Source of the DNA: a candidate division WOR-3 bacterium
Lineage (GTDB): Bacteria > Hydrothermota > Tepidihabitantia > SM23-42 > CAYGYG01
Direction of reading: 5' to 3'
Length of the DNA: 64,000 nt
NCBI GenBank assembly: GCA_965648915.1
Contig: CBFGIV010000008.1
Coordinates: 1-64,000, forward strand
The stretch's first letter is position 1; each line of letters opens with the position of its first letter. Position numbers and translations under genes: made by a program. Below, piece by piece: positions 47,364 to 57,170 of the stretch. The notes under the pieces were generated by a model that saw only the letters and a list, made by a program, of their open reading frames with translations, was not told the DNA's origin and did not search any database.

Positions 47364-48617
47364 ATGATTGACATCAGAAGACTGAGGACCGAACCGGAAT
47401 TTATCAAAAGTGTTGTTCAGCGTCGGGGGGAGAAGGTTGATATCGATGAAATCGTTTCTCTTGATGAACAGCGGCGAAAGAAAATTTTTGAGGTCGAAAG
47501 CCTGAAGAAGGAGAAGAACCGACTCTCCGAAGAGATTGGACGCCTTAAAAAAGCCAACCAGAATCTGGACGAAGTGACGGCCCGGGCAAAATTGCTCAGC
47601 ACCAAGATTGATCAACTGGAACAGGAGATTAAAGATCTTCAGGACCGGTTTGACCAGCTTATATTATGGATCCCCAATATACCCCATCCTTCAGTCCCGG
47701 ATCGAGATCTGGTTATTAAAGAATGGGGCAATATCCCGGAATTCGATTTCACACCCCTGCCGCACTGGAACCTGTGCGAGGCCTTAGGCATAGTCGATTT
47801 TCAAACCTCGGCCCGGATCGCCGGTTCCCGGTTTGTTCTCTTTAAGGGGATCGGAGCCCGACTCGAACGGGCCCTGATCAACTTCTGCCTTGATATCCAT
47901 ACGCGGGAGCATAATTATGTTGAGGTTAGTCCACCGCTGCTCAACAATCTTGAATGTTTTATCGGTGCTGCCCAATTCCCGAAACTTATCGATGAGATGT
48001 ACCAGATGAAGGATGACCCATTATACCTCATCCCGACCGCCGAGGTCCCGCTGGTCAATCTCCATCGGGATGAAATCTTGCCCGAAGGGAGTCTTCCCCT
48101 GAACTATGTTGCCTACACACCCTGTTTTCGGCGTGAGGCCGGCTCTTACGGTAAAGATGTGCGGGGGATGATCCGGGTCCACCAGTTTGATAAGGTCGAG
48201 CTGGTAAAATATACAACGCCGTCTCAGTCTAACAATGAACTCGAAAGAATGGTCAAAGAGGTAGAGGTTATTCTGCAGAGACTCTCCCTGCCTTACCGGA
48301 TCAAATTATTGTCGATCAAAGAGATGGGATTTCAGTCGGCAAAAACCTATGATTTTGATGTCTGGGCACCCGGCGTTGGGGCCTGGCTTGAGGTTTCATC
48401 TGTTTCCAATTGTGATGCCTTTCAGGCACGGCGCGCCAACATCCGGATAAAGCTCAAGGACCGGACCCTGACCTTTTGCCATACCCTGAACGGTTCGGGT
48501 GTCGCTTTTGCTCGAACATTTATTGCCTTGATTGAGAATAACCAGACCCGGGACGGCCGGGTGAGGATACCCGGGCCTCTGATTCCCTATATGGATGGTA
48601 TCGAGTATATCGAATGA
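47364..48617 (+). CDS. serS: serine--tRNA ligase
   Basis: N-terminal coiled-coil arm and class II core motifs. Confidence 0.9.
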   Translation: MIDIRRLRTEPEFIKSVVQRRGEKVDIDEIVSLDEQRRKKIFEVESLKKEKNRLSEEIGRLKKANQNLDEVTARAKLLSTKIDQLEQEIKDLQDRFDQLILWIPNIPHPSVPDRDLVIKEWGNIPEFDFTPLPHWNLCEALGIVDFQTSARIAGSRFVLFKGIGARLERALINFCLDIHTREHNYVEVSPPLLNNLECFIGAAQFPKLIDEMYQMKDDPLYLIPTAEVPLVNLHRDEILPEGSLPLNYVAYTPCFRREAGSYGKDVRGMIRVHQFDKVELVKYTTPSQSNNELERMVKEVEVILQRLSLPYRIKLLSIKEMGFQSAKTYDFDVWAPGVGAWLEVSSVSNCDAFQARRANIRIKLKDRTLTFCHTLNGSGVAFARTFIALIENNQTRDGRVRIPGPLIPYMDGIEYIE

Positions 48618-48659
48618 TTTAAAATTTTCCCCGGAAGATAAAGCGAAATCATTAAGATT

Positions 48660-49070
48660 ATGCATCGAGAAACTGCTATTGTCATCAAGGTCGATAGGAA
48701 CCTTGCTCAGGTTTTGCTTGCTCCTGCAGATAGATGCAGTTGCTGCCCGGGGCAGAGTCTATTTTGTTCAGGCGATTCCAGCAAGCGGATCCTGAGAGTT
48801 AAGAACGATCTCGGGGCGAGGATCGGTGATGAGGTCACGGTCGAGATTAAGACCGGCCCCTTCTTTAAATCGATATTTTTAGTTTTTGGATTACCCATTA
48901 TTACTGGAATGTTGGGTGTGATTTTGGCCAGAGGTTTTAATAACGATATCTGGTCAGCCGGGCTGGGACTCATCGGTGTGGCGATCGGGATCGGTATCGC
49001 AAAGATTGCTGAGATTGTCCTGTTCAGAAAGAGACCCATTCTTCCTGAGATCGTTGAGATAAAGAGATGA
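48660..49070 (+). CDS. RseC/MucC (SoxR-reducing system) family membrane protein
   Basis: N-terminal Cys cluster (C..CC.....C) then two TM helices, 136 aa. Confidence 0.6.
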   Translation: MHRETAIVIKVDRNLAQVLLAPADRCSCCPGQSLFCSGDSSKRILRVKNDLGARIGDEVTVEIKTGPFFKSIFLVFGLPIITGMLGVILARGFNNDIWSAGLGLIGVAIGIGIAKIAEIVLFRKRPILPEIVEIKR

Positions 49071-49089
49071 TTTTGTTAAATTTAATCAA

Positions 49090-49118
49090 TTGACTAATGG
49101 TCAGATTTTTAATATAAT
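49090..49118 (+). promoter_or_regulatory. sigma70-like promoter TTGACT-17-TATAAT, leaderless start for the hrb-fprA set
   Basis: -10 ends 5 nt before the ATG at 49124. Confidence 0.45.
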
Positions 49119-49123
49119 GCCCG

Positions 49124-49813
49124 ATGACACTTGCGATACTTGAAAAACTTACCTATGGCCTGTATATCGTAGCCTCAAAGATAGGTAATAGATATAACGG
49201 GCAGATCATCAATACTGCAGTTCAGGTTACTGCTCAACCTCCTCAGGTTGCGGTTGTAGTTAATAAAAAGAACTTTACCTGGGAGTGTATCAGGGCCAGT
49301 CGGGTATTCACGATCTCGATCCTCAGTCAGTCAACGCCGATGGAGTTCATTAGCCTCTTTGGTTTTAGGAGCGGCCGGGATATAGACAAGTTCGAGCGTA
49401 TTAAATTTCGTCTGACCCCCCGGGAGACGCCGGTGGTTATCGAGAATACGGTTGGTTATCTCGAATGCGAAGTTGTGCAGGAATTTGATGTTGGGACCCA
49501 TTCGATATTTATTGGTAAGGTCATCGATGCCGAGACGATCAGCGATGATCAGCCGATGACTTATTCATCCTATCACAATGTGAAACACGGCCTGACCCAT
49601 CAGAACGCCCCAACTTTTCACCCGCGCGAAGACAGGCAGGATACAGGGGTTGGAAAGAGATATAAGTGCACAATCTGTGGTTATATTTACGATCCCGCAG
49701 TTGGTGACCCTGAACAGCATATCAAACCCGGGACGGCCTTTGAAGATCTGCCTGATGATTGGGTCTGTCCGATCTGTGGTGCTACTAAAGACAAGTTTGT
49801 TCCATTAAGTTGA
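49124..49813 (+). CDS. flavin reductase-like domain fused to rubredoxin (high-molecular-weight rubredoxin, Hrb-like)
   Basis: N-terminal flavin-reductase-like fold; C-terminal [10 protein letters not shown]...[11 protein letters not shown] rubredoxin. Confidence 0.75.
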   Translation: MTLAILEKLTYGLYIVASKIGNRYNGQIINTAVQVTAQPPQVAVVVNKKNFTWECIRASRVFTISILSQSTPMEFISLFGFRSGRDIDKFERIKFRLTPRETPVVIENTVGYLECEVVQEFDVGTHSIFIGKVIDAETISDDQPMTYSSYHNVKHGLTHQNAPTFHPREDRQDTGVGKRYKCTICGYIYDPAVGDPEQHIKPGTAFEDLPDDWVCPICGATKDKFVPLS

Positions 49814-49848
49814 TTTCGGCCATATAACTAAAGAAGGAGTTTTTAATA

Positions 49849-51024
49849 ATGGCGATTCGAGAGATAAAACCAGGAATCTTTTCAGTCGGTGCGATCGACT
49901 GGGACAGGAGGCTTTTCGATGAACTCATCCCGCTACCCGACGGTACGAGTTATAATGCTTATCTTATCAAAGGTAGCGAGAAGGTCGCTCTGCTCGATAC
50001 GGTTGACCCGACCAAGACCGGCGAACTGCTGGCTAATTTAAGAACGACCAACATCAAACATATTGATTATATAATCTCACACCATGCTGAGCAGGACCAT
50101 TCAGGTGCAATCCCGGCCGTGCTTAAAAATTTTCCGATGGCTAAAGTGGTGACCAATGAGCGATGTAAGAATATGCTTCAGGATCTCTTGTTGATTTCCG
50201 AGGATAAGTTCATCACGATTGGAGACCAGGAAACGATTAGTCTTGGTGATCGAACCTTAAGATTCATATTCACCCCCTGGGTCCACTGGCCCGAGACCAT
50301 GGTTACTTATCTTGCTGAAGATCAGATCCTCTTCTCCTGCGACTTCTTTGGTTCCCATCTTGCGACGAGTGATTTATATGTGGCCGATGAAGCAAAGGTT
50401 TATGGATCGGCCAAGCGCTACTATGCTGAGATTATGATGCCTTTTCGGACCAATATCCAGAACAATATGAAGAAACTCGCTGATCTCCGGATCGATATGA
50501 TCTGTCCCAGTCACGGTCCGGTATATCAAAAACCCGAATTTATCCTCACCGCCTATCAGGACTGGATTTCCGATAAGGTGAAGAACGAGGTGCTGATTGC
50601 CTTCGTCTCGATGCATGGTAGTACCCGGGCAATGGTCGACTTTCTGGTCGATGCATTAATCGACCTGGGGATAAAGGTTCTGCCTTTCAACTTAACCCGT
50701 TCGGATGTTGGTGAGATGGCGATGGCGCTGGTTGATGTTGCAACCATTGTGATAGCCACACCAACCGTCCTTACCGGTCCTCATCCATCAGCGATCTATG
50801 CCATTTTTCTGGTCAATGCCTTGAGACCAAAAGTCCGCTATGCATCAGTGATTGGCTCTTATGGTTGGGGAGGGAGGACGGTTGAGATCATCACCAAGAC
50901 CCTAACTAATCTTAAGGTTGAGTTAATCCCGCCGGTTATGATCAAGGGTTATCCTAAGACCAGTGATTTTCAGGCACTGGAGAGTTTGGCCGAAGGGATA
51001 TTTGAACGGCACAAATACTTATAG
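49849..51024 (+). CDS. fprA: flavodiiron protein (metallo-beta-lactamase-like diiron domain plus flavodoxin domain)
   Basis: HHAEQDHSG diiron ligands; C-terminal flavodoxin-like domain. Confidence 0.85.
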   Translation: MAIREIKPGIFSVGAIDWDRRLFDELIPLPDGTSYNAYLIKGSEKVALLDTVDPTKTGELLANLRTTNIKHIDYIISHHAEQDHSGAIPAVLKNFPMAKVVTNERCKNMLQDLLLISEDKFITIGDQETISLGDRTLRFIFTPWVHWPETMVTYLAEDQILFSCDFFGSHLATSDLYVADEAKVYGSAKRYYAEIMMPFRTNIQNNMKKLADLRIDMICPSHGPVYQKPEFILTAYQDWISDKVKNEVLIAFVSMHGSTRAMVDFLVDALIDLGIKVLPFNLTRSDVGEMAMALVDVATIVIATPTVLTGPHPSAIYAIFLVNALRPKVRYASVIGSYGWGGRTVEIITKTLTNLKVELIPPVMIKGYPKTSDFQALESLAEGIFERHKYL

Positions 51025-51082
51025 ATTAGAGATTTTTATGTTTGAATTCTTACTCGGGCTCTTCATAAAAAAGGAGTAGGCT

Positions 51083-51562
51083 ATGGCCAGAATATTTGAT
51101 GTATACGAGATTTTTAAGTTTGCAATTCAGATTGAAAAGAATGGTGAGAGGTTCTATCGAACCTATGGTCCGAAGATTAAAGAAGAAAAGGTCAGAAAAT
51201 TATTTGAAGTTCTGGCTGACGACGAAGTGAAACACCGGGCAGTTTTTGAAAAGATGCTCGATTCGGTTCGGCCCTATGAACCGGCCGAGACCTATCCTGG
51301 CGAGTACTATAAATACCTCCGTGCCTATGTTGAGAATATTGTCTTCCCAACCCGGAGATTGGATCTGGAGATCAAGAAGATGAAGACGGTCTCTGCCGCA
51401 TTAGACTTTGCGATAAGAAGGGAATTAGAATCGATTCTCTATTATACCGAGATGAAGAATTTTATACCACCTGACCAGCACCAGACCATCGATATGATTA
51501 TCAATGAAGAGCGCAGCCATTACTTCCGCCTCAGGGGACAGTCCCCTAAGGATAAGTTATGA
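51083..51562 (+). CDS. rubrerythrin/ferritin-like diiron four-helix-bundle protein (no rubredoxin domain)
   Basis: Paired E...E..H motifs (EKNGERFY, DDEVKHR, ELESILYY, EERSHY). Confidence 0.65.
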   Translation: MARIFDVYEIFKFAIQIEKNGERFYRTYGPKIKEEKVRKLFEVLADDEVKHRAVFEKMLDSVRPYEPAETYPGEYYKYLRAYVENIVFPTRRLDLEIKKMKTVSAALDFAIRRELESILYYTEMKNFIPPDQHQTIDMIINEERSHYFRLRGQSPKDKL

Positions 51563-52053
51563 TTTATCAGGGGGTGGTTTGTTCAGTCTATTAAAAAATA
51601 CTTCACGCCACTCATGTTTTCCAAAAGGTGTTTGATGTTTTACGGATCTATTTATTTGATCCAACTCCCTGAGGGTTAGGGGTTCGTCTACATATTCTGT
51701 CCAGTTCTCCATAATCTCGATCGGTGGCTCTGTAATTAGTCTTTTTGGTTTTAGTCCGAGTCTCTCCTGGTGGCTTGACCAGGGCCAGTCTAATGCTGAT
51801 TTGGTCAACCCTGCCCGAACCGGATTTCCCTCGACATAGCGCATAACTGTTAATAGGTGAGTGTCTTCTTGAATAACAAAAGATTTGTGCAGTATGCATA
51901 GATAGCCACTTGATACTGTTGAATACCCTCAGATAAGATCCTGATAAAACCTCGAAACTCAAATTCGGTACTAAAGACCATCAATCCAGCATTGCCACGA
52001 TTTATGATATGATAAGTATAACCATCTGCAACTTGTCTTCGGTCTCTTGCCAT
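51557..52053 (-). pseudogene. degenerate REP-associated tyrosine transposase (RAYT)/IS200-like Y1 transposase remnant with internal deletion
   Basis: N-terminal fragment MARDRRQVADGYTYHIINRGNAGLMVF...YAYC, where 'TN' replaces the HuH motif before a stop. The C-terminal fragment MRYVEGNPVRAGL..DWPWSS is in a different frame. About 50 aa between them is missing. Confidence 0.7.
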
Positions 52054-52061
52054 ATGATATT

Positions 52062-52937
52062 TCAGAACTTCTTAAGAGGGGGCTGTCCCCTTTTGATAAC
52101 TTTTGCAATTCCAATCTTTCCGGTCTTACCAAATCTCCTTGCTACTCGATCACATTTTGTTGTGAAGAGACTAATTACTCTTGCCTTTGTGATCCCTGGG
52201 TACTGCGAGAAGAAGTAGTAGTTTGCCTGACCCTTGGCGATCACCAGATCACATTCCTTAAACTCCTTTTTCAACATCGGTGAAAGTTCTTCTTTCAAGA
52301 TACCGAGTGTATCTGGCCCGCTTTCAATGACCCGGGCAAATTTGTTGATCTTAAAAAAATTGGCATCTTCTCTGATGACATCACTGGTTATAATTCCGCC
52401 CCGCACCACACAGATGACCTTTCGCTCCTCTCCTATGGTTTCGATCAATAGCCGGTCAAAACCAATTTCGCCAACATTATCGAGGATGTAGAGGATATGC
52501 TGGGCGCCTTTAATCAACTTAATAATCTCCTTTCGCTCATCGACCGCCAGTCGCCTGTTCAATTTTTTATAAAGAGAATGAAAACTGCTGAATCTGTAAC
52601 CTACACCCGCGGTCCGGAAGTCAAGAGAATTCGCCCAGGTTGCCCATCGGATTTTCTGTTTAAGTCCAGCCCGTCCAAATCGATTTAAGATCCGGTTAAC
52701 CTGTTGATTGGTCAATTCCCGCTGTTTGATCAACGGCACCATCTCAGGATCGAATTCTTTAAGGATACGATGGGCAAGGGTGATATAATATGATGGGAGT
52801 CGATGATATTCGATACTCTCAAGCAGCCTTTCAATCCGGTCTTTAAGTCTTTTAAAATCTTCGGATCGGAGTAATGTCCGACCGAGAGTCAGGACATCTT
52901 TGCGAATGCAGGCGAGACACTCTTTACTTACGACCAT
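52062..52937 (-). CDS. DUF89/ARMT1-like damage-control phosphatase family protein
   Basis: ILYILDNVGEIGFD and VIAKGQANYY motifs. Confidence 0.7.
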   Translation of the reverse strand: MVVSKECLACIRKDVLTLGRTLLRSEDFKRLKDRIERLLESIEYHRLPSYYITLAHRILKEFDPEMVPLIKQRELTNQQVNRILNRFGRAGLKQKIRWATWANSLDFRTAGVGYRFSSFHSLYKKLNRRLAVDERKEIIKLIKGAQHILYILDNVGEIGFDRLLIETIGEERKVICVVRGGIITSDVIREDANFFKINKFARVIESGPDTLGILKEELSPMLKKEFKECDLVIAKGQANYYFFSQYPGITKARVISLFTTKCDRVARRFGKTGKIGIAKVIKRGQPPLKKF

Positions 52938-53757
52938 CGAGTAGTCTATAGATTTTGCTCGACCGGGAGTGTTCAGTGAGTCTCAAGATTTCGCGGGAGA
53001 TGAGTCTATAAATCTCAAGGTATCTTCGATCGATGCTGGCCAGAATTTTTAAGTGAGATTTGATCGTCTTGAGGTCACCGCGTTCGACCGGTCCAGAGAG
53101 CGCACCCACCAGTCCTTTAGTCTTGATATCGTCAATTGCCCCGGATATGAGCGGTCCGAAGAATTTTGTGAATTCATCCTTTCTTAAATTACATCTTCGG
53201 GCTAAAGATTCGGCAATGGCGAGAAGGCCGATTAAAAGATTTGAACTGAAGACCGAGGCGAGGTGATAGATAATCTTCTTCTTTGATCTCAGTACAAAGT
53301 ATTTTATGCCCATATTTTTCAGGATTCTCTCTGCAGTAGCAACCGCCCTCTTATCTCCCTCAAGGCCAAAATAATACGACTTGATTTTGCGATACGACTG
53401 GTAGTCAGGAAATGTGCCCAGGGGATGGAGCGAACCCTGGTACACATCTTTGCGTCTCAGTATCTTTGCACGAGTCGAACCAGAAAAATGGAAGAGGGTG
53501 GATCCGGGTTTAAGATAGGGCCGGGATTGATGATAGACCTTGCTGATTTCTGAATCGGGGGTTGCAATAAAGATTATATCACTCTCTCTTATTAGATCCG
53601 GGAATGGTCGATAGAATTTTTTTCCGAGAATGGATTCCGCCCTTAAAACCCTGTTTCGGTCTATGTCATAGATGCCGGAAATTTTAACCCCGGTCTTTTT
53701 GAGATGGAAAAAGAAGGCGGTCCCGACCCGGCCGGCACCGATCAAGCCACACTTCAT
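52924..53757 (-). CDS. Rossmann-fold NAD(P)-binding protein, DUF2520/ketopantoate-reductase-like
   Basis: MKCGLIGAGRVG N-terminal dinucleotide motif; about 277 aa. Confidence 0.55.
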   Translation of the reverse strand: MKCGLIGAGRVGTAFFFHLKKTGVKISGIYDIDRNRVLRAESILGKKFYRPFPDLIRESDIIFIATPDSEISKVYHQSRPYLKPGSTLFHFSGSTRAKILRRKDVYQGSLHPLGTFPDYQSYRKIKSYYFGLEGDKRAVATAERILKNMGIKYFVLRSKKKIIYHLASVFSSNLLIGLLAIAESLARRCNLRKDEFTKFFGPLISGAIDDIKTKGLVGALSGPVERGDLKTIKSHLKILASIDRRYLEIYRLISREILRLTEHSRSSKIYRLLDGRK

Positions 53758-53763
53758 TATGGC

Positions 53764-54549
53764 TCACGGGATTAAACTGACGATACGCTTAAACGATTCT
53801 TCATTATAAGGCAGGCTCGTCCCACCGATCTTATTGATCTGTTTCTTGCAGTTACTGATCCGCTCTGATGTCGGAGGATGGGTCGAAAGGAGTTTCTCAA
53901 GGGTCGAAGGGGGAGAGCCTTCCATCTTTTTAAACTTCTCAAAAACCTGAATCATCGCCTGAGGATTAAGTCCGGCTTTTTTCGTGTAGAGCGTTCCCAG
54001 TTCGTCAGCCTCAAATTCATTCTTTCGGCCAAAGCCCAGAAGGATCAGTCCAACCGAACCATCGACTGCCTGACGCGCCGCCTTGCCCATCTTATCACCG
54101 AGGGCAATCTCCATAAGAATATTATAGCCGTAGACCTTCTGGAGTTGCTTTACTGAATGGCGGGCAACGACATGACCGACCTCATGGCCGAGGATCGCAG
54201 CCAGTTGTGCCTCGTTATCGAGGATCTTGAGCAGTCCCGTATATATATAGATATGACCACCCGGACAGGCAAAGGCGTTAATTTCATCCTTGGCAATTAC
54301 CTTAAATGTATATCTCAGATCGCGCCGATCACATACCCGGGCAAGCCTCTGGCCGATGCTATTAACATAACTCTGGACTTCACTGTTATCGAGCAGTTTT
54401 TCTTCAGACTCTACTTCCTTAGCAACTTCCCGTCCCAGGTCCTTTTCGACCGGGGTGGGAATAAGAATAAAACTCTTCCGGCCTGGACCGGTTGTGGCAC
54501 AGGCCAGGATCAGCAAAAGCAGAGGGGTGATTCTTATTATCTTTTTCAT
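53764..54549 (-). CDS. M48 family zinc metallopeptidase (lipoprotein; BepA/HtpX-like)
   Basis: HEVGHVVARH zinc motif; start set at MKKII, which has AAGGAG 5 nt upstream; signal peptide plus LILAC. Confidence 0.75.
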   Translation of the reverse strand: MKKIIRITPLLLLILACATTGPGRKSFILIPTPVEKDLGREVAKEVESEEKLLDNSEVQSYVNSIGQRLARVCDRRDLRYTFKVIAKDEINAFACPGGHIYIYTGLLKILDNEAQLAAILGHEVGHVVARHSVKQLQKVYGYNILMEIALGDKMGKAARQAVDGSVGLILLGFGRKNEFEADELGTLYTKKAGLNPQAMIQVFEKFKKMEGSPPSTLEKLLSTHPPTSERISNCKKQINKIGGTSLPYNEESFKRIVSLIP

Positions 54550-54619
54550 TTCGTCTCCTTGAAGAAAGAATATCAATCTTTTGATAATCTCTTTTTTTCA
54601 GACTGGCAACTTATTTCAA

Positions 54620-55468
54620 CTATGTATAGTCTCGGGCCCTTGCAGCCATCATCAGGACCATTCGCAACTTTTGAAAGAATTCAAGAAAATTTTTACTCTG
54701 AAATTCAATGGTTCGACCGCCGGTCCTCTTAAATTCCCGGGCAACTGCAACCAGATCGGCTCTCAGTGTATCGAGGAGGTCGATCTTAACCCTGAGCGGC
54801 CTTTTAAACCTGATCGGCTTTAAGAGTTTTAACCTGCTCAGTGCGCGCCGGGCTTTTAATCTTAATTCAGTCTGGACATCCGGCAGGGATCTGGTCTTGG
54901 TGGCGAAGCGTGAAATACTCTCTTTGGTGATTACATATTCAGTCCCGGGCCCAAAGAATCTCTTTGCCTGCTGGATAGTTTTTAGGTCACCCGAGATGAG
55001 GCCGACCGGAATCCCGAAATCCGAACCGATACCTGCATTTATTAATGCTTCACTCACCTCAATACCATTAATTGTTATCCGGTAGATGGATGAGGAGGCA
55101 TAGGTATGGTCCATCACCGATCCCTCGGTCCCGGCCTGGCTATGATAGCCGAGGAAGAAGATCAGATCAGTAGCACGATCGATCCCTTCCATCATACCGA
55201 GACGGCGGGGATGGCCCCGGACCAGACTGACACCACCGGGCAGTTCTTCAAAATAGATATTGTCGCCACTGCCATGCGCATCGTTGACGACGATCTCGGA
55301 GATTTTAAACGGTCCTGCCTTGATACCTTCAATTACGGCAATGACTTCCTCGGTCATAATCTTCTTGTAACGTTCCTTATAGACTTCAAAATCTTTCCAA
55401 GAAAAGGTCCCGCAACTTCCTTCCATATCACAGGAGATAAATATTTTCATAAAGAGATTATAAACCAA
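54620..55468 (-). CDS. dppA: M55 D-aminopeptidase DppA-family protein
   Basis: MKIFISCDMEGSCG N-terminus typical of M55. Confidence 0.7.
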   Translation of the reverse strand: MVYNLFMKIFISCDMEGSCGTFSWKDFEVYKERYKKIMTEEVIAVIEGIKAGPFKISEIVVNDAHGSGDNIYFEELPGGVSLVRGHPRRLGMMEGIDRATDLIFFLGYHSQAGTEGSVMDHTYASSSIYRITINGIEVSEALINAGIGSDFGIPVGLISGDLKTIQQAKRFFGPGTEYVITKESISRFATKTRSLPDVQTELRLKARRALSRLKLLKPIRFKRPLRVKIDLLDTLRADLVAVAREFKRTGGRTIEFQSKNFLEFFQKLRMVLMMAARARDYT

Positions 55469-55558
55469 AGTTGATAAAAGTCAACAGGACAATGCGGGTT
55501 TTTACTCAGGCGTTCTAAAATCCCCTTGATTTTTTCAAATATTATATTAAAATCTCTT

Positions 55559-56719
55559 ATGGGTTATGGTCGTGTCTGGGCTGAAATTGACCTGAGCCTG
55601 CTTCTCGAAAATTATAAAAAGATCAAACGTCTCACCCGGGGTGCTAAGATTATGGCACCGATCAAGGCTGATGCCTATGGCCATGGAGCGATCGAGATCG
55701 GTCAGTCCCTTGAGAAGGCCGGCGTCTATATGTTTGGTGTGGCCAGTGTTGAGGAGGGTATTGAACTCCGCAAATGTGGCATAAGAAGACCGATCCTGAT
55801 CTTAAGCCCGATCCCCTTCGAAGAGATCGATGCAATCTTTGAATACAATTTAAGACCAACAATAAGCGACATATCCTTCTTAGAACTGCTCGAACTCAAA
55901 ACCCGGTTCCGGAAGCGGCAGTTACCGGTCCATATCGAAATCGACACGGGTATGACCCGAACCGGATTACCCTATAACCTTGCCTTCGATATTATCTGTC
56001 GGATCAACAATTTTAAAAATTTCACGCTTGAAGGTGTATTTACCCATTTCCCCTCTGCAGATACAGATCGTGCATTCACCAGAAGACAGGTAGTTATGTT
56101 TGAGAAGTTGAAGAAAAAATTGTACAATGCCGGTATAGTACCTAAACTCTTCCACATCTCAAATACAGCAGGTATATTGAAAAACTACAATGGCAAATTC
56201 AACCTTACCAGACCTGGAATTTCTCTGTTTGGATTGACCCCGTCTCCAAAAATAAGGAATTCTATCGGTCTTAAACCAATTCTCGAATTAAAGACAATAA
56301 TTGTTAATATTAGAGATGTTCCAAAAGGAACTCCTGTGAGTTATGGCCCTATCTTCAGGACCAGGAGGCCATCAAGGATTGCCACGCTTTCAGTTGGTTA
56401 TGGTGATGGTTATCCAAGGTGTCTTTCCAATACCGGCGAGGTCATAGTCAGGGGAAGGAGGGCGAGTATTGTTGGTGCAATCTGTATGGACCTGATGATG
56501 GTCGATGTAACAAATATCCCGGGAATAAGTGTAAATGATACAGTCACACTGATCGGGCGTGAAGGGAATGTTGAAATAACCTGTTCAGAACTGGCCCGGC
56601 GGGCGAGGACGATAATCTACGAGATAATCTGTGGGATTGGTCCAAGGGTGCCGAGGGTATACCATTTCCATAAGAGATTCTATCGGGTAAGGAATCTCTT
56701 CCTCAGGGGTCTGATATAA
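55559..56719 (+). CDS. alr: alanine racemase
   Basis: PIKADAYGHG PLP-lysine motif; start chosen at MGYGRVWAEIDL (the ORF track used an upstream TTG). Confidence 0.85.
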   Translation: MGYGRVWAEIDLSLLLENYKKIKRLTRGAKIMAPIKADAYGHGAIEIGQSLEKAGVYMFGVASVEEGIELRKCGIRRPILILSPIPFEEIDAIFEYNLRPTISDISFLELLELKTRFRKRQLPVHIEIDTGMTRTGLPYNLAFDIICRINNFKNFTLEGVFTHFPSADTDRAFTRRQVVMFEKLKKKLYNAGIVPKLFHISNTAGILKNYNGKFNLTRPGISLFGLTPSPKIRNSIGLKPILELKTIIVNIRDVPKGTPVSYGPIFRTRRPSRIATLSVGYGDGYPRCLSNTGEVIVRGRRASIVGAICMDLMMVDVTNIPGISVNDTVTLIGREGNVEITCSELARRARTIIYEIICGIGPRVPRVYHFHKRFYRVRNLFLRGLI

Positions 56720-56751
56720 GTTAGATAAATAAATCTTTAAGCGAGGTTTTT

Positions 56752-57042
56752 ATGGATGATGAGAAGAAGCAAGATCAAAAGATCGAAGAGAACCTGAACT
56801 TTAGTTCTTTAGTCCTTATGCTGGCCGCAGGTGCAATGCAGAATATGGGACTTATGCCCAATCCGATAAATCAAAAGATTGAGAAGAATCTCTCTCTGGC
56901 CCGGCAGACAATCGATCTGCTCGACATCTTAAGAGAGAAGACCAGAGGCAACCTTACTGAAACCGAATCTAAACTATTAAATGAACTCTTATCCGACCTG
57001 AAGTTGAAGATCGTCAAAATGGAGAGAAATTCGGAGAAGTGA
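56752..57042 (+). CDS. DUF1844 family small protein
   Basis: FSSLVLMLAAGAMQNMGL.PNP conserved segment. Confidence 0.55.
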   Translation: MDDEKKQDQKIEENLNFSSLVLMLAAGAMQNMGLMPNPINQKIEKNLSLARQTIDLLDILREKTRGNLTETESKLLNELLSDLKLKIVKMERNSEK

Positions 57043-57053
57043 CGGAATTATTG

Positions 57054-57081
57054 TTGACAATACATCAGTTATGGCTATAAT
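57054..57081 (+). promoter_or_regulatory. sigma70-like promoter TTGACA-16-TATAAT ahead of the LysM-to-coiled-coil operon (a second TTGACA lies near 57146)
   Basis: Read directly; AAGGAGG lies before the ATG at 57171. Confidence 0.45.
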
Positions 57082-57170
57082 GATATTGATAAAAATAGCT
57101 TGTTCGATATTATCTCTAAAAAAATCTTGTTTAGTAAATCATTGTAAAATTCTTTGACATCTAAGGAGGA

